Below, one piece after another: positions 37,869 through 48,258 of a stretch of 64,000 bases of DNA. How positions within the stretch are numbered: position 1 is the stretch's first letter; each line of letters begins with the position of its first letter. The translations under genes and the position numbers were made by a program. The DNA lies in the IMG/VR virus record IMGVR_UViG_3300032240_003128; one strand, written 5' to 3'. The DNA is from a virus. A model generated the notes under the pieces. The model ran no database searches and had not been told where the DNA came from. It saw only the letters and a list, made by a program, of their open reading frames with translations.

Positions 37869-39776
37869 TTAATTGCTTTTAAAATCATCTAATTTGTCAA
37901 TATTTTCTTGATTTAAAATTTTTGCCATGTCATCTTTGTTTATTATTTTCCTTGCAAGCAATGATTTAATATGGTCGGCAGATAATTTGTTAATGTTATC
38001 TGGACCCAATGCTTCTATAATTTCTTTTCTGGCAGCGTTGTTGTATCCCTTGCCACTAAGACAAGCAAAAACATTATTAGCAGATAATTCTGTTTTATAT
38101 GTAATTATAATCTTTATTATTTTGTATGTTTCAACTTGATAAAAGACAAGATTATCAACACTATTATCAGATAATTTATTCATATTGCGTGAACCTAAGA
38201 TTCTTGCCATTTCATGTTTGTTTTCTGATCGTTCAAGCAAATTATAGACGTGAAAATCACCTAATTTATCAATATTATTTGAACCTAATAATTCTGCCAT
38301 TTTATATTTATAAGGTGCTTCGTTAAGCAATTCATAAGCATAATCAGCAGTTAATTTATCTATATTATTTGAACCTAAGATATTTGCTATTTCTGTTGAT
38401 TCAGAACTATTGTATTTCAACAAACTATAGACATCATGACCTGTTAATTTATCTATATTGTCTTGACCTAATTCTTCTTTAATTTTATATTTATTTTTTG
38501 CACTTTTGATAAAATACAAAACATTCTCATCAGATAATTCTGATTTTTTAATTATCTCTGATATCAAATTTTGATTTTCCGTTCTATTAGCAAATACTAT
38601 CTTGCTATTAAGATCCAATGAGTTGACATAACCGCTTGTGTTTTTGGCAAAATCAAATTGATAATTACTCAAATTTTGCAATTTTCCTAATACAAATTCT
38701 TTCTTTTGATCATCAGTAAGTGTGTTAAAATCTTCATCTGTCATCTTATCTACAACTTTCAAATACATAGGGAAAACTCTAGGATCAGGATCATTCTTGG
38801 CAAATTCGAAAGCTATCCTGTCAGTGTATAATTTTAAATTTTGTTCCCAAATTTCGGGTTCTGTTGTTGTCCAAGTGCTTTCAGGAATACCTTTACTTGC
38901 CAAATATCTTTTATATTCATTTATACTTGTATATCCATTGATACCAATTTTTGATCTTGTGTCTTCTGGGTCTCTAGAATGTTTGTTTTCAGCATCAACC
39001 CACTCAGAAGATTTACCTTCTGGAGCTACACCCGGATTAACATATCTGGCTGGATCATTTTCATCTTTATTAAAATCGAAGACAAAGTATTGAGTTTGAT
39101 GATAACGTATTCTGTAATCAAACCAATGTGATGCCGAAGTTGAACTGGAAATGCACCATCTTTGGTTTTTACCAAATATTCTACATATGTCTGGCGTATC
39201 GCCTTTGAATACCCAAACATTATCGCCTTTGGCTGCTAGGTTTTTTTGATATTTTCTTTCTCCAGCTATTGGGTTGAATAAACCTGATTTTTGTTCGTAT
39301 TTAGTTAAACTGCCTTGGATTGAGTGTAATTCTGATTCAAATTTTGTAAAATCATTAAATTCTTCAATTTTTTTATCTTTGTTTATATAAATTTTATTGT
39401 TTTTCACTTCTAAGCTAATGATTTCGTTGCCGATGAACCTTCTGAGAAGGTTCATCATTTCTGTTACTCTGTTTTTATCTTCGTTTTTGAACAAAAGAAA
39501 AGTGTCAAATTCTGGTTTAGTTATTTGATTTGTGTTTAATTTGTCTTGATAGAATTTAGTTTGTCCATCTTCTTGCTTAATTAATTTTTGTTTGATTAAT
39601 GGAAATCTTTCTCTCAATCTGGCAAATGCAGCTTTTCTATCAACTGGATCTGGTTCATCTTCAAGTTCTTTAATAAAAGCTGCAAGTTCATCTTTAGGCG
39701 ATTTATCCTGTTCTAATGCTCCTTTTATTTGAGCATCTAATGTTTCAGACAATACAAACCAAAGCTTGAAGTTCAT
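37869..39776 (-). CDS. virion-type protein with WC-motif domain and C-terminal ~37-aa helical repeats
   Basis: MNFKLWFVLSE; FGKNQRWCIS; repeated LG.NNIDKL units. Confidence 0.75.
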   Translation of the reverse strand: MNFKLWFVLSETLDAQIKGALEQDKSPKDELAAFIKELEDEPDPVDRKAAFARLRERFPLIKQKLIKQEDGQTKFYQDKLNTNQITKPEFDTFLLFKNEDKNRVTEMMNLLRRFIGNEIISLEVKNNKIYINKDKKIEEFNDFTKFESELHSIQGSLTKYEQKSGLFNPIAGERKYQKNLAAKGDNVWVFKGDTPDICRIFGKNQRWCISSSTSASHWFDYRIRYHQTQYFVFDFNKDENDPARYVNPGVAPEGKSSEWVDAENKHSRDPEDTRSKIGINGYTSINEYKRYLASKGIPESTWTTTEPEIWEQNLKLYTDRIAFEFAKNDPDPRVFPMYLKVVDKMTDEDFNTLTDDQKKEFVLGKLQNLSNYQFDFAKNTSGYVNSLDLNSKIVFANRTENQNLISEIIKKSELSDENVLYFIKSAKNKYKIKEELGQDNIDKLTGHDVYSLLKYNSSESTEIANILGSNNIDKLTADYAYELLNEAPYKYKMAELLGSNNIDKLGDFHVYNLLERSENKHEMARILGSRNMNKLSDNSVDNLVFYQVETYKIIKIIITYKTELSANNVFACLSGKGYNNAARKEIIEALGPDNINKLSADHIKSLLARKIINKDDMAKILNQENIDKLDDFKSN

Positions 39777-39781
39777 AATTT

Positions 39782-40075
39782 TTAGTCCAAGTGGCTAACT
39801 TCATAACCATCAAAATTACTTGTTTTTGAATAATCAATGCTTGGTGTTCCTAGATCACCGAAAGGTTTGTCTGTATTGTAACCTTTAGCTCTGTATGGCA
39901 AGCTTTTTTTTCCTTGCAAAGGAAATCCATAATGCTTGCCTTTAACAAAAGTATTTTCCGGCGCATCTGGTTGTGGGAAGGCATACACCTTCATAATGTC
40001 TTGAAGTTTTTTCTGTGAACCACCAATTTCTGTATCTTTTTTAAATTGTTCTAATGTTTTAAATTTCTTTGCCAT
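39782..40075 (-). CDS. small virion-type hypothetical protein
   Basis: CTAAATA plus GAGG SD upstream. Confidence 0.65.
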   Translation of the reverse strand: MAKKFKTLEQFKKDTEIGGSQKKLQDIMKVYAFPQPDAPENTFVKGKHYGFPLQGKKSLPYRAKGYNTDKPFGDLGTPSIDYSKTSNFDGYEVSHLD

Positions 40076-40106
40076 GTTTCACCTCTACTTTATTTAGGTT
40101 TTTCGC

Positions 40107-40134
40107 TTGATTTTTAACGCATAATTGCTAAAAT
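40107..40134 (+). promoter_or_regulatory. sigma70 promoter for the C-terminal dnaE gene (leaderless)
   Basis: TTGATT-16-TAAAAT with extended TG, ATG 6 nt downstream. Confidence 0.6.
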
Positions 40135-40140
40135 TAACAC

Positions 40141-42612
40141 ATGAACAGCATATCTGTCGAATCTTTTAACAAAATTATTAATAATCAGTTTAAGAAATTT
40201 CCTTTTCAGGATGATCCACGATATCAATTCAGACTTAGATACGAATTATTAGAAATAGAAACTCAGAATTGTTGCGATTATTTTATCGAATTAGTCAGAC
40301 AAAGGAAAAAATTCCCCAATGAGAACAATTTGTTAGTTCCTGTTCTGCTTGGCATTTGTAATGAGTACAATATTGAAGAAATGCCAAAAACCAAGACAAA
40401 TGAGTTTCCTGATGTTGACGTTGATTTTTTAGCAGATGTTAGAGATTATTTAAAGAATGAGTTTACGCCTAGCCAATATAAAGCAGAAAATACTTGTTCT
40501 ATTGGAACTTATGGTAGATATGCTTTGAAGAGTGCCATGATCGATATGGCACGAATTTATGGATACGACCGACAAGAAGTTTTAAACATTACAACAAACT
40601 TAAGAATGAAAGATGAAGATGGAGATGAATTGACATACGAAGAAGCTCTTGAAATGTATCCTGAATTGAAATCTTATATGGACAAATATCCAGAATTAGC
40701 ATTGGCTGTACAAAAACTTCTTCACAGAGTGCGCAATACTGGTAAGCATGCTGGCGGTGTAATTGTTGCCAAAGATGAGATCAACAAGTTTGTTCCTTTG
40801 ATGAAAACGACTGGTGGCGATCAATTAGTTTCTCAGTTTGTTGAAGGTCTAGCAACACAAGAATTAGGACCAATTGGTCTTGTGAAATTCGATTTGCTTG
40901 TTGTTTCTGCTTTGGAACAGGCAGGTCATGCTGCCAAGATGATAAAAGATCGGCATGGCATCAAAGTGATTTGCGGGACCAATCATGATTGGGACAAAAC
41001 TGATTATCTTAACGATGATAAAGCCATATCTTATGCTAATGAAGCAGATTTAATAGGAATATTTCAATATGACAGTAATGGAATTAGAGAAGTTGTAAAG
41101 GCTTCTGGTATTAACAGTTTTGACGATTTAGTTGCGATTGTATCTTTGTACCGTCCCGGTCCATTGAATGCTGAGATGGATCAGGTATTTATTAAAAGAA
41201 AAACTGGACAAGAAGAATATGTTATTCATCCTGTACTTGATCCTATTCTCAAATCAACTTATGGTGTTCTTGTTTATCAAGAGCAAGTAATGAGACTGCT
41301 TAATGTTGTGGGTAAGATTCCATTGAAAGATTGTGAAGCAATTAGAAAAGCCATTTCTAAGAAAAAGGTGTCTACATTTGTAAAATATAAAGAACAATTT
41401 ATTGAAAATGGAATGAGCGTTCTTGGAACAATTAGAGAAGAAGTCACAGAGATATGGAAAAACCTCGAATTTTTCAGTGCCTATGGTTTCAATCGCAGTC
41501 ATGCAGTAAGTTATACCTTTATTTCAAGCCGTCAACTATATTTGAAAGCTTATTATCCTTTGGAATTTTTTACTGCTCTGTTGATGTTGGAGGCTAATGA
41601 AGAAAAGAAGCGCATTTATATTACAGATGCACAGAATCATGGAATTGAAGTTAGAGTCGTTGATTTGAATAAGAGCAAGGCTAATTTCTCAATACACGAT
41701 AATGCTATTTATATTGGATTCGGTAATATTAAAGGCATAGGAATGGATACTGCTAATAAGATTGTGGCGTTACAACCATTTAAAGATGTGGACGATTTTC
41801 TTCGTAGGTTTGGTACTGATTCAAGCGTATTGAAAGCTTTGATTCCGTTGAAGGTGTTTGGAGAAGACATAAAGAAAGCTTATAATTATTGGCAATCTTT
41901 TATGTCGAAAAATAAGAAAGTTATAGACAAGAACAAGAGATCTAACAAGTCTTATCTTGAGCTTAAGAAAACTGTGCTTTCTTTGTTGCCTGAAAAATAT
42001 TGGAATCTAGATTTATCTGAAGAGCTTTTTACCATTCTTAAGTCAATCCATGATTCTGCGGATGTTAACAAGTTATATAAAAAGTGGATAAGGATAAATT
42101 CGAAAGAAGAGGCAAAGATTGAAATTTCTTATGAAGATTTTGATGATGATGACATGGTGATTGAAGACAAAGAAGTATTGCTTGAACTAAACGATATTTG
42201 TGTTGCTGAGAGAAAGCATTATGGTTTTCAGTTTACTTGTAGGCTGAAAATGATGAAGATGTATAATGACAATTGTACGTTTGATCGAGTCATTAGCTCG
42301 CATGCTATGGGTGCTACCAAGCATATGGTTCAAGTTGAAGTCTTGGATGTAAATAAAAGATATTCAAAATCTGGTAAACCTTATTGTCAATTGGTAGCCA
42401 TGGATAGTAATTTTAGAGTTGAAAGAATTAATGTTTGGGAAGATGACTATTCTGTATTCAAGCATTTGTTAGAGGTTAATAAGTGTTTGTCTATGCAAGT
42501 CAAACCACCTTCTAATGGGTTTTCTACTTATAGTTTGAATTCTCCACCTAAGCATAGAAGACACTTACTGCCATCGTCAGAAATGGATTTTAGAATTGTT
42601 TTGATAGACTAG
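40141..42612 (+). CDS. dnaE: DNA polymerase III alpha, C-terminal part (catalytic aspartates, fingers, HhH, OB)
   Basis: FPDVDVDF, GKHAGGV, LVKFDLL, GIFQ, LYRPGP, VYQEQ, YGFNRSHA and IKGIG motifs. Confidence 0.93.
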   Translation: MNSISVESFNKIINNQFKKFPFQDDPRYQFRLRYELLEIETQNCCDYFIELVRQRKKFPNENNLLVPVLLGICNEYNIEEMPKTKTNEFPDVDVDFLADVRDYLKNEFTPSQYKAENTCSIGTYGRYALKSAMIDMARIYGYDRQEVLNITTNLRMKDEDGDELTYEEALEMYPELKSYMDKYPELALAVQKLLHRVRNTGKHAGGVIVAKDEINKFVPLMKTTGGDQLVSQFVEGLATQELGPIGLVKFDLLVVSALEQAGHAAKMIKDRHGIKVICGTNHDWDKTDYLNDDKAISYANEADLIGIFQYDSNGIREVVKASGINSFDDLVAIVSLYRPGPLNAEMDQVFIKRKTGQEEYVIHPVLDPILKSTYGVLVYQEQVMRLLNVVGKIPLKDCEAIRKAISKKKVSTFVKYKEQFIENGMSVLGTIREEVTEIWKNLEFFSAYGFNRSHAVSYTFISSRQLYLKAYYPLEFFTALLMLEANEEKKRIYITDAQNHGIEVRVVDLNKSKANFSIHDNAIYIGFGNIKGIGMDTANKIVALQPFKDVDDFLRRFGTDSSVLKALIPLKVFGEDIKKAYNYWQSFMSKNKKVIDKNKRSNKSYLELKKTVLSLLPEKYWNLDLSEELFTILKSIHDSADVNKLYKKWIRINSKEEAKIEISYEDFDDDDMVIEDKEVLLELNDICVAERKHYGFQFTCRLKMMKMYNDNCTFDRVISSHAMGATKHMVQVEVLDVNKRYSKSGKPYCQLVAMDSNFRVERINVWEDDYSVFKHLLEVNKCLSMQVKPPSNGFSTYSLNSPPKHRRHLLPSSEMDFRIVLID

Positions 42613-42630
42613 TTTATTTTCATATAACAA

Positions 42631-43173
42631 ATGGCTGAAGAAGAAATAATCCGTATTCTGTTACCGTACAAAGAAATCACTAATGGTTTTAGTGTAGCTT
42701 TGTCGAAAAGAAATAATTTTTTTGTTACTGAACAATTTTACAATTGTAGAGAAATTTTTCATGAAGATTTTCCTACAACTGACAATTTGATTATTTGTGT
42801 GCCAGCTTACAAAAAAAACAGAATAATAAATTTTTTTAAGTTCGTTGAAAACAAATTGAAAATTGACAAAAAATCACAAGTTTTCATCACTCAGAGAAAA
42901 AATATTTTCTTCATAAAACTAAGTGTTTTCTGGCAATCAAAAATAAAATTTAATTTATTGACTTTGCTAATAAGATCAGGATTAAAAATAGCAAAATTTT
43001 TATCTTTAAAGTTAATTCTTGAAAAATCTTTTTATTTGAAGAAAACAACGAATGCTTTTAATCTTTTCTTTTCCGGCAATACTAGATATTATGGTAAAAA
43101 AAATTCTTGGTACAAAGAATTTAAAAATAAAGGCATGGAAGAGTGCAAAGTACTGCTAAAAAAGAGGTTTTGA
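42631..43173 (+). CDS. hypothetical protein
   Basis: 180 aa ORF. Confidence 0.6.
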   Translation: MAEEEIIRILLPYKEITNGFSVALSKRNNFFVTEQFYNCREIFHEDFPTTDNLIICVPAYKKNRIINFFKFVENKLKIDKKSQVFITQRKNIFFIKLSVFWQSKIKFNLLTLLIRSGLKIAKFLSLKLILEKSFYLKKTTNAFNLFFSGNTRYYGKKNSWYKEFKNKGMEECKVLLKKRF

Positions 43174-43198
43174 ATCATATATATGAATGGAGGTTGGT

Positions 43199-43933
43199 AT
43201 GTCTGAAATTTCTGAATGGGAAAAACAAAAAAAGTTTATAAAAGATCTTTGTGATACTTGGGAAAATTCCAAGAAAAAGAAGACTGTGAGCGCAAACAAA
43301 GTTGTTGAAAACAAGGCATATTGCACTCTTAAAGAATCTTTTAATTATACAAGTTCAACCTACAAGGATGACTGGGATAGAATATTTAATCATACATCAA
43401 AATTCTTTACTGAAGATGGAGATGGCAGTCTTCTTAATGAAGCTGCTAGGAAATCAGTTAAAAAAAAAGTAAGTAAGAAAAAAAAGACTTCTTCAGCTAA
43501 AAAGGCTGTTATGAAGGAAAACAAACCTAATAAAAAGCCTTATGATTTGCTTAATCCTGATTCTTTCAAATATGTTGATTTAAAATCAAGTCTCGAAGAA
43601 CCATATTCGAATGACACTGATTTGAATTCTAAAGTTAAGAAGTTAGCCAATTTGCCTAATAGGGTTAATTCTTACACTTATGGTAGAGACGGTTCTGATA
43701 AGAGCGGTAAAACTAAGGTTGCTGCTGGTTGGACAGAAGATCCCAACATGCGCAAATTAGAAGATCTTAAAAAGAAGCTTTACGATCTTGAATGCAAAAT
43801 GAGCAAGCCAGATGGTCTTGATGAAATAAAAGCAAAAAAAATGCAGAAGCAGTTTACTAAGTTAAATAATGACATCGCTGATTTAAGCGATAAGTTTACC
43901 GGTGACTACAAGACTAATCATTACTATGGCTGA
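43199..43933 (+). CDS. Lys-rich hypothetical protein, possible prohead-core component
   Basis: GGAGG SD; LKE, LNE and MKE motifs resembling prohead-protease sites. Confidence 0.55.
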   Translation: MSEISEWEKQKKFIKDLCDTWENSKKKKTVSANKVVENKAYCTLKESFNYTSSTYKDDWDRIFNHTSKFFTEDGDGSLLNEAARKSVKKKVSKKKKTSSAKKAVMKENKPNKKPYDLLNPDSFKYVDLKSSLEEPYSNDTDLNSKVKKLANLPNRVNSYTYGRDGSDKSGKTKVAAGWTEDPNMRKLEDLKKKLYDLECKMSKPDGLDEIKAKKMQKQFTKLNNDIADLSDKFTGDYKTNHYYG

Positions 43934-44126
43934 TGTACCAAAAAATTTCATGATCAGATGCCTTAAGTGCCGGTGGGCAGAAACGTCCACTGGCATTTCT
44001 GATGACTTAAAACATCTTACAGAGATACCTAGAACGTGTATGAATTGTGGAACACCTCGTCAGTTTAAATGCCCTAAATGTGGTCGTCCGGCTAAGATGA
44101 TGCGGATTAAAAAAAGTGCATCTTAA
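43926..44126 (+). CDS. zinc-ribbon protein
   Basis: three CxxC pairs. Confidence 0.7.
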   Translation: MADVPKNFMIRCLKCRWAETSTGISDDLKHLTEIPRTCMNCGTPRQFKCPKCGRPAKMMRIKKSAS

Positions 44127-45255
44127 ATTCATAAAACAAGACAATCAGCGTAAAATTTATTTTAATGAGTTGTGTTTTAACAAACATGTCTTCAAAGAAG
44201 AAGTTAATTTTAGCAAAAAAATGTTTTTTTTGTCGTTTGGTGAATTTGGATGTGAAACAATTTTGCCGACCTTTCTTTTGCCAAGGATGAATAATAATTT
44301 TCAAGAATACAGAAAAATTGTTATTGGTTGGAAAGATAGAGAATACTTCTATCGGGATATATGTGATGAGTATTGGGAATTAGATTCAAAATACATGATG
44401 CTTAAGAATAATTCATATGCTTTTGAAAACACTTCTGTTGAGATAGCAAGTTTGAACAAAAGATTAATTCCTTTGGGAGTTGTAATTAACGGAACAAAGA
44501 TAGGAAAACTTTGCGTAAAAGCCAAATGTAAAAAATGTTTTTTTGAATTTGAAGTTGATCGTGGTGATGTTTATTGCGCTAAATGTTATTCAGACAATAT
44601 TGAAAAATCATTGTTTCAAGGTTCAAGGGAATACAGAAAATATAGCAATGTTTTACCACAAATAAACAAAAAATATATAGATTTTGCTCAAGATTATATA
44701 CCAGAAAACACTGTCGCTTTATTTGCAAGAAATAGAAAAACATATAAAAGAAATTTGACAACAGAACATTATGATAAAATTATTGATATGATAATATCTT
44801 TAGGATACAATGTTGTATTGCTGGGTGAAAGCGTTTCTTCTCATTCGTTAAAAAATGAAAAAATAATCAATTTTATGAATCATGAGTTGGCAGGTAATTT
44901 AGAAGCGGCTTTTGCGATAGTTAATAAATGTGTTTTTTCTTTACAGTATTTTACGGCATCCAGTCGTATTAGTAGTCTGCTGAATAAACCTTTTGTTTTG
45001 TTTGAATCAGCAGATCAAGTATATGGCAGAGGTCAAGAAGGAATTAGATTGTCTTTGATGACTAAAGATTACAATAATAAAAAAATTGTTTTGGCTAATT
45101 ATGTTGATGTAGCAGAAAACACGGATGATGCAGTGGCAACAACAAAGCAGGCTATTCACGAATTACTGATAGACAAAAATTCTAATGATATGTTTTTTAG
45201 ACCTAATGATTATGTACATTCTTTGCAAGAAAGTGGCATGAAAAGACTATGGTAA
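44116..45255 (+). CDS. putative GT-B glycosyltransferase (GT9-like) with inserted Zn ribbon
   Basis: FGEFG N-terminal loop; RNL..YDKIIDMIISLGYNVVLLG; two CxxC. Confidence 0.45.
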   Translation: MHLKFIKQDNQRKIYFNELCFNKHVFKEEVNFSKKMFFLSFGEFGCETILPTFLLPRMNNNFQEYRKIVIGWKDREYFYRDICDEYWELDSKYMMLKNNSYAFENTSVEIASLNKRLIPLGVVINGTKIGKLCVKAKCKKCFFEFEVDRGDVYCAKCYSDNIEKSLFQGSREYRKYSNVLPQINKKYIDFAQDYIPENTVALFARNRKTYKRNLTTEHYDKIIDMIISLGYNVVLLGESVSSHSLKNEKIINFMNHELAGNLEAAFAIVNKCVFSLQYFTASSRISSLLNKPFVLFESADQVYGRGQEGIRLSLMTKDYNNKKIVLANYVDVAENTDDAVATTKQAIHELLIDKNSNDMFFRPNDYVHSLQESGMKRLW

Positions 45256-46391
45256 CTCAGATTGATATAGCAGAAATTCTTCAGTCAGCTGCTGTCAGAG
45301 GGGATTTTCAAAGAGAAAAATTCGACTCTAAAAAAATTCCTGATAATATGCAGAAGATTTTTGTAATCCCTTTATTTGGTGATATTAGCCATATTCTAGT
45401 TTTTGCTAATTACATTTTCCCTACTATAAGAAACGATATCAACCTTAAAGACAAATATTTGATTATTGTCACTTGGAAAGGATTCTCAAAATTTTTCCCC
45501 GAAGCAGACGAAATATGGTCTATTAAAAGCACTGATCATGTTGACAGATTTTATGAAAAGAGCGAAGGTTTTTTAAACAAATCTGAAAACTTAAATATAA
45601 TTTATCGTAGTTTGAATGAATATTTTAGAAACGTCATTGATCCTGCTAAATTCTCAAATCAATTTCATTTCAAATTCCAGACAAACAATATTAAGAACAA
45701 AAATGTTGAAATAATTAAAAATAAATTACCAAATCTTAATTATTTGAATCAAAACATTTTGACAAAAATTAACAATTTAGGCGAAAGCAAAGCATTTATA
45801 ATACCTTTTAAGTTCTTACGCCAGTGGAATTTAGGAAAAGCAAATAATTATAAATTGTCTTCAGCTTTTTATGTAAACGCAATTGACGCTTTGATTAAAA
45901 AGAATGTCAAGTGTATTGTATTGAAGAATTATTTAACATTTGATATATCTGAAAATTTTGTTAACAATGATAATGTTTTATTTGTTCAGGAAGATGATTG
46001 GTTTATGGTTATGTCTTATATGCTTGCTGCTAAGATGTATGTTGATTTATTTGTAGGACTGAATTGTTTAGCCATTTATTGTGGATGTCCAAGTATTTCT
46101 ATTACAGAAAGAAACATGTACATTGCTTCGGGCTATAAAGATATAGAAATTTGCATGAATGATCAGGTTTCTGACCATAAACTCTTTTCATTTTTTGAGT
46201 TAAATTATAATCTTATTGATAAAAAATTATTTTTCATAGATAAGTTAGTTCATCAAATTGGTGAATTGGGTTATAGTGTATCTCCAGCAAGTTTAAGATA
46301 CAATATAGATCTCAATCTAAAAGTTACTGAGAAAGTGAAAAAGTTACAACCCAAATTTATCGGTTTGAATAAAAAAGTGATTGGGGAATAA
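45249..46391 (+). CDS. putative GT-B glycosyltransferase (GT9-like), paralogue of upstream gene
   Basis: LFGDISH, FPEADEIWS and GLNCLAIYCGCPSI patterns. Confidence 0.4.
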   Translation: MVTQIDIAEILQSAAVRGDFQREKFDSKKIPDNMQKIFVIPLFGDISHILVFANYIFPTIRNDINLKDKYLIIVTWKGFSKFFPEADEIWSIKSTDHVDRFYEKSEGFLNKSENLNIIYRSLNEYFRNVIDPAKFSNQFHFKFQTNNIKNKNVEIIKNKLPNLNYLNQNILTKINNLGESKAFIIPFKFLRQWNLGKANNYKLSSAFYVNAIDALIKKNVKCIVLKNYLTFDISENFVNNDNVLFVQEDDWFMVMSYMLAAKMYVDLFVGLNCLAIYCGCPSISITERNMYIASGYKDIEICMNDQVSDHKLFSFFELNYNLIDKKLFFIDKLVHQIGELGYSVSPASLRYNIDLNLKVTEKVKKLQPKFIGLNKKVIGE

Positions 46392-46392
46392 A

Positions 46393-46668
46393 ATGTCACG
46401 CAAAGCAAATGTTCGTGTTGTTTCGAGAGACAATGGTTATGACGACAACAGAGAAAAGTCATTCAAGTCTTTATTGAGTGCTTTTCGTCAAGCTGTCAAC
46501 AAGGCTGGAATTTTAAGAGAATACCGACTTCGTGCAACATATGAAAGTCCTGCTCAAAAGAGAAGGCGTAAAGCTAGGGAAAAGGAAGTAACGATTCTGA
46601 AAAATCAGATGCGTGAAAGTTTCCCTGTAAAGAAGAAGGAGAAACCATGTCCGAAAAACAAAAAGTAA
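46393..46668 (+). CDS. rpsU: ribosomal protein bS21
   Basis: SFKSLLSAFRQAVNKAGILREYRLRATYESPAQKRRRK matches the S21 pattern. Confidence 0.85.
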   Translation: MSRKANVRVVSRDNGYDDNREKSFKSLLSAFRQAVNKAGILREYRLRATYESPAQKRRRKAREKEVTILKNQMRESFPVKKKEKPCPKNKK

Positions 46669-46964
46669 TTACTTTTGGTATTCCAGAGTCTTTGTACAAA
46701 AAGATGAATAGTTCTGCTATAGCCAAAGACCAAAAAATTTCTGACTATATGAAAAAATTTGTTAGTGATTATTTTACTGACGATGCAACGGTTTCAAGAA
46801 TTGTTTTGGATGTACCAAGAGATAAACGTAACGACAAAGCTTATTTGGCTGCTTGGTTTAAACAAAAGTCTGATTATTTGGTTGAGTATTTTTACAATCA
46901 GTACAATGATGAGCAAGTTCCAAGTATTACTCCATCAGCTTATTGGCATGAGGGTCATGAATAA
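46647..46964 (+). CDS. putative ribbon-helix-helix protein
   Basis: VITFGIPESLYKKM...KISDYMKKFV. Confidence 0.55.
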   Translation: MSEKQKVITFGIPESLYKKMNSSAIAKDQKISDYMKKFVSDYFTDDATVSRIVLDVPRDKRNDKAYLAAWFKQKSDYLVEYFYNQYNDEQVPSITPSAYWHEGHE

Positions 46965-47218
46965 TGCCACTTAGTCTGGCTCAGGTTTATGATATATGTC
47001 TTGCAACTGATCCAGATGGTAAATGTTGCCGTTATCTTTCTCAAGACAGCAATGGAAATGATTACCATTGTTTAAAAAAATCTCAATTTAAAAAAGAAAT
47101 TGACGAAGAAGTTGACAATGGCATTGTAAAAGGTTTACGAGCCCCAAAGGGCGATAATTGCAAAGGTTATCCAGTATTTATTCATTTGACAGTTGGATAT
47201 GACACAAAAAGCACTTGA
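46964..47218 (+). CDS. small Cys-rich protein
   Basis: C..CCRYL..HC..GDNCKG. Confidence 0.65.
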   Translation: MPLSLAQVYDICLATDPDGKCCRYLSQDSNGNDYHCLKKSQFKKEIDEEVDNGIVKGLRAPKGDNCKGYPVFIHLTVGYDTKST

Positions 47219-47283
47219 CTTTTATGGGTGTTCCTTGTTAAAATTAAGAAGTCTATTCATAAACGGATTTATGAGGGTTTAGC

Positions 47284-47697
47284 ATGATGCACCGTCTTAG
47301 TGATGCGCTTGTTATTGATTTGCAAGATGGACAAAACCTTGAATTTTATTCTCAAGGCGATTATGTAAAGGGTATTTTTTATAAAGTGTTTGAAAATCTG
47401 AATGATAAAAACGGTGTGTCTTTAAAAGGAAAAATTGATTTTAAGCCATCATACTTAGACATTATTGAAAAATGTAATATTGAAAACTCTATGAACATGA
47501 TTTATAAGATTTTAAACAAACATATTGCGTCTCAAGATTTCACTTATTTTAAAGATGATGATGAAACTTCACTGCCTAGAGACGTAATGAAGATATTAGA
47601 ATTTATGAATCATTTGCATAAGGTAAAAGTTCCCAAACGATTTGTTGCCGGATTTTTAATGCTTATGGTTAAATTTACATATTTTACAGCAACATGA
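47284..47697 (+). CDS. hypothetical protein
   Basis: preceded by TTGACT-18-TAAAAT and GAGG. Confidence 0.65.
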   Translation: MMHRLSDALVIDLQDGQNLEFYSQGDYVKGIFYKVFENLNDKNGVSLKGKIDFKPSYLDIIEKCNIENSMNMIYKILNKHIASQDFTYFKDDDETSLPRDVMKILEFMNHLHKVKVPKRFVAGFLMLMVKFTYFTAT

Positions 47698-48035
47698 ATA
47701 CATTCGAACATTATAATCTTTTATGGTTAAATTGTGAGTTTTTTAACAAAAAACCAGCAAAAGAACATTTTTTTCTTTACAAATATTTTAAAAATAAAAT
47801 TCAAAAATTAATAATGGAATATTTTTACGTCATGGGAGAAGAAAATATTTATCTTTTCCAAGATCACACAGGCTATAAAGTTTCTCCATCTTTTTTATAT
47901 AAACAATATTTTAAATTTAAGAGTTTGATTAGCATATATAATAAAGCGAAGATTGACTTTGATTTTGATACCTTGCGTAATTTAGATCAGGGAAAAATCA
48001 AAATTAAAGATTTAGGAGTAAAAAATGCTGATTAA
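47694..48035 (+). CDS. hypothetical protein
   Basis: coupled ORF. Confidence 0.55.
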   Translation: MNTFEHYNLLWLNCEFFNKKPAKEHFFLYKYFKNKIQKLIMEYFYVMGEENIYLFQDHTGYKVSPSFLYKQYFKFKSLISIYNKAKIDFDFDTLRNLDQGKIKIKDLGVKNAD

Positions 48036-48258
48036 ATATGCTGATTGGCGCAATATGAATGAATCATCACCTATGACCCGTCAAAGATTGGGTTGGGGTA
48101 GAATGGGTACTTATCCACTTAGAGCTGATTTCATGTCTCATAGCACCCCACCTCCTGACATTATGAACAAAATGATTGATATTTTTGGAACAACTGACGG
48201 AGAACATAAACCAAAACATAAACCAAAGCATAAGAAACGCAGGAAGAAACATGGTTAA
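48025..48258 (+). CDS. small basic virion peptide candidate
   Basis: MLIKYADWRNMNE; HKPKHKPKHKKRRKK tail; AGGAG SD. Confidence 0.65.
   Translation: MLIKYADWRNMNESSPMTRQRLGWGRMGTYPLRADFMSHSTPPPDIMNKMIDIFGTTDGEHKPKHKPKHKKRRKKHG

Noticed and set aside
37780-40430. Split intein, self-splicing intron or excisable element joining the DnaE halves
   Set aside because: No intein N-terminal block, no His-Asn-Cys/Ser end, no recognisable group I/II core, no direct repeats at the junctions and no recombinase in the insert
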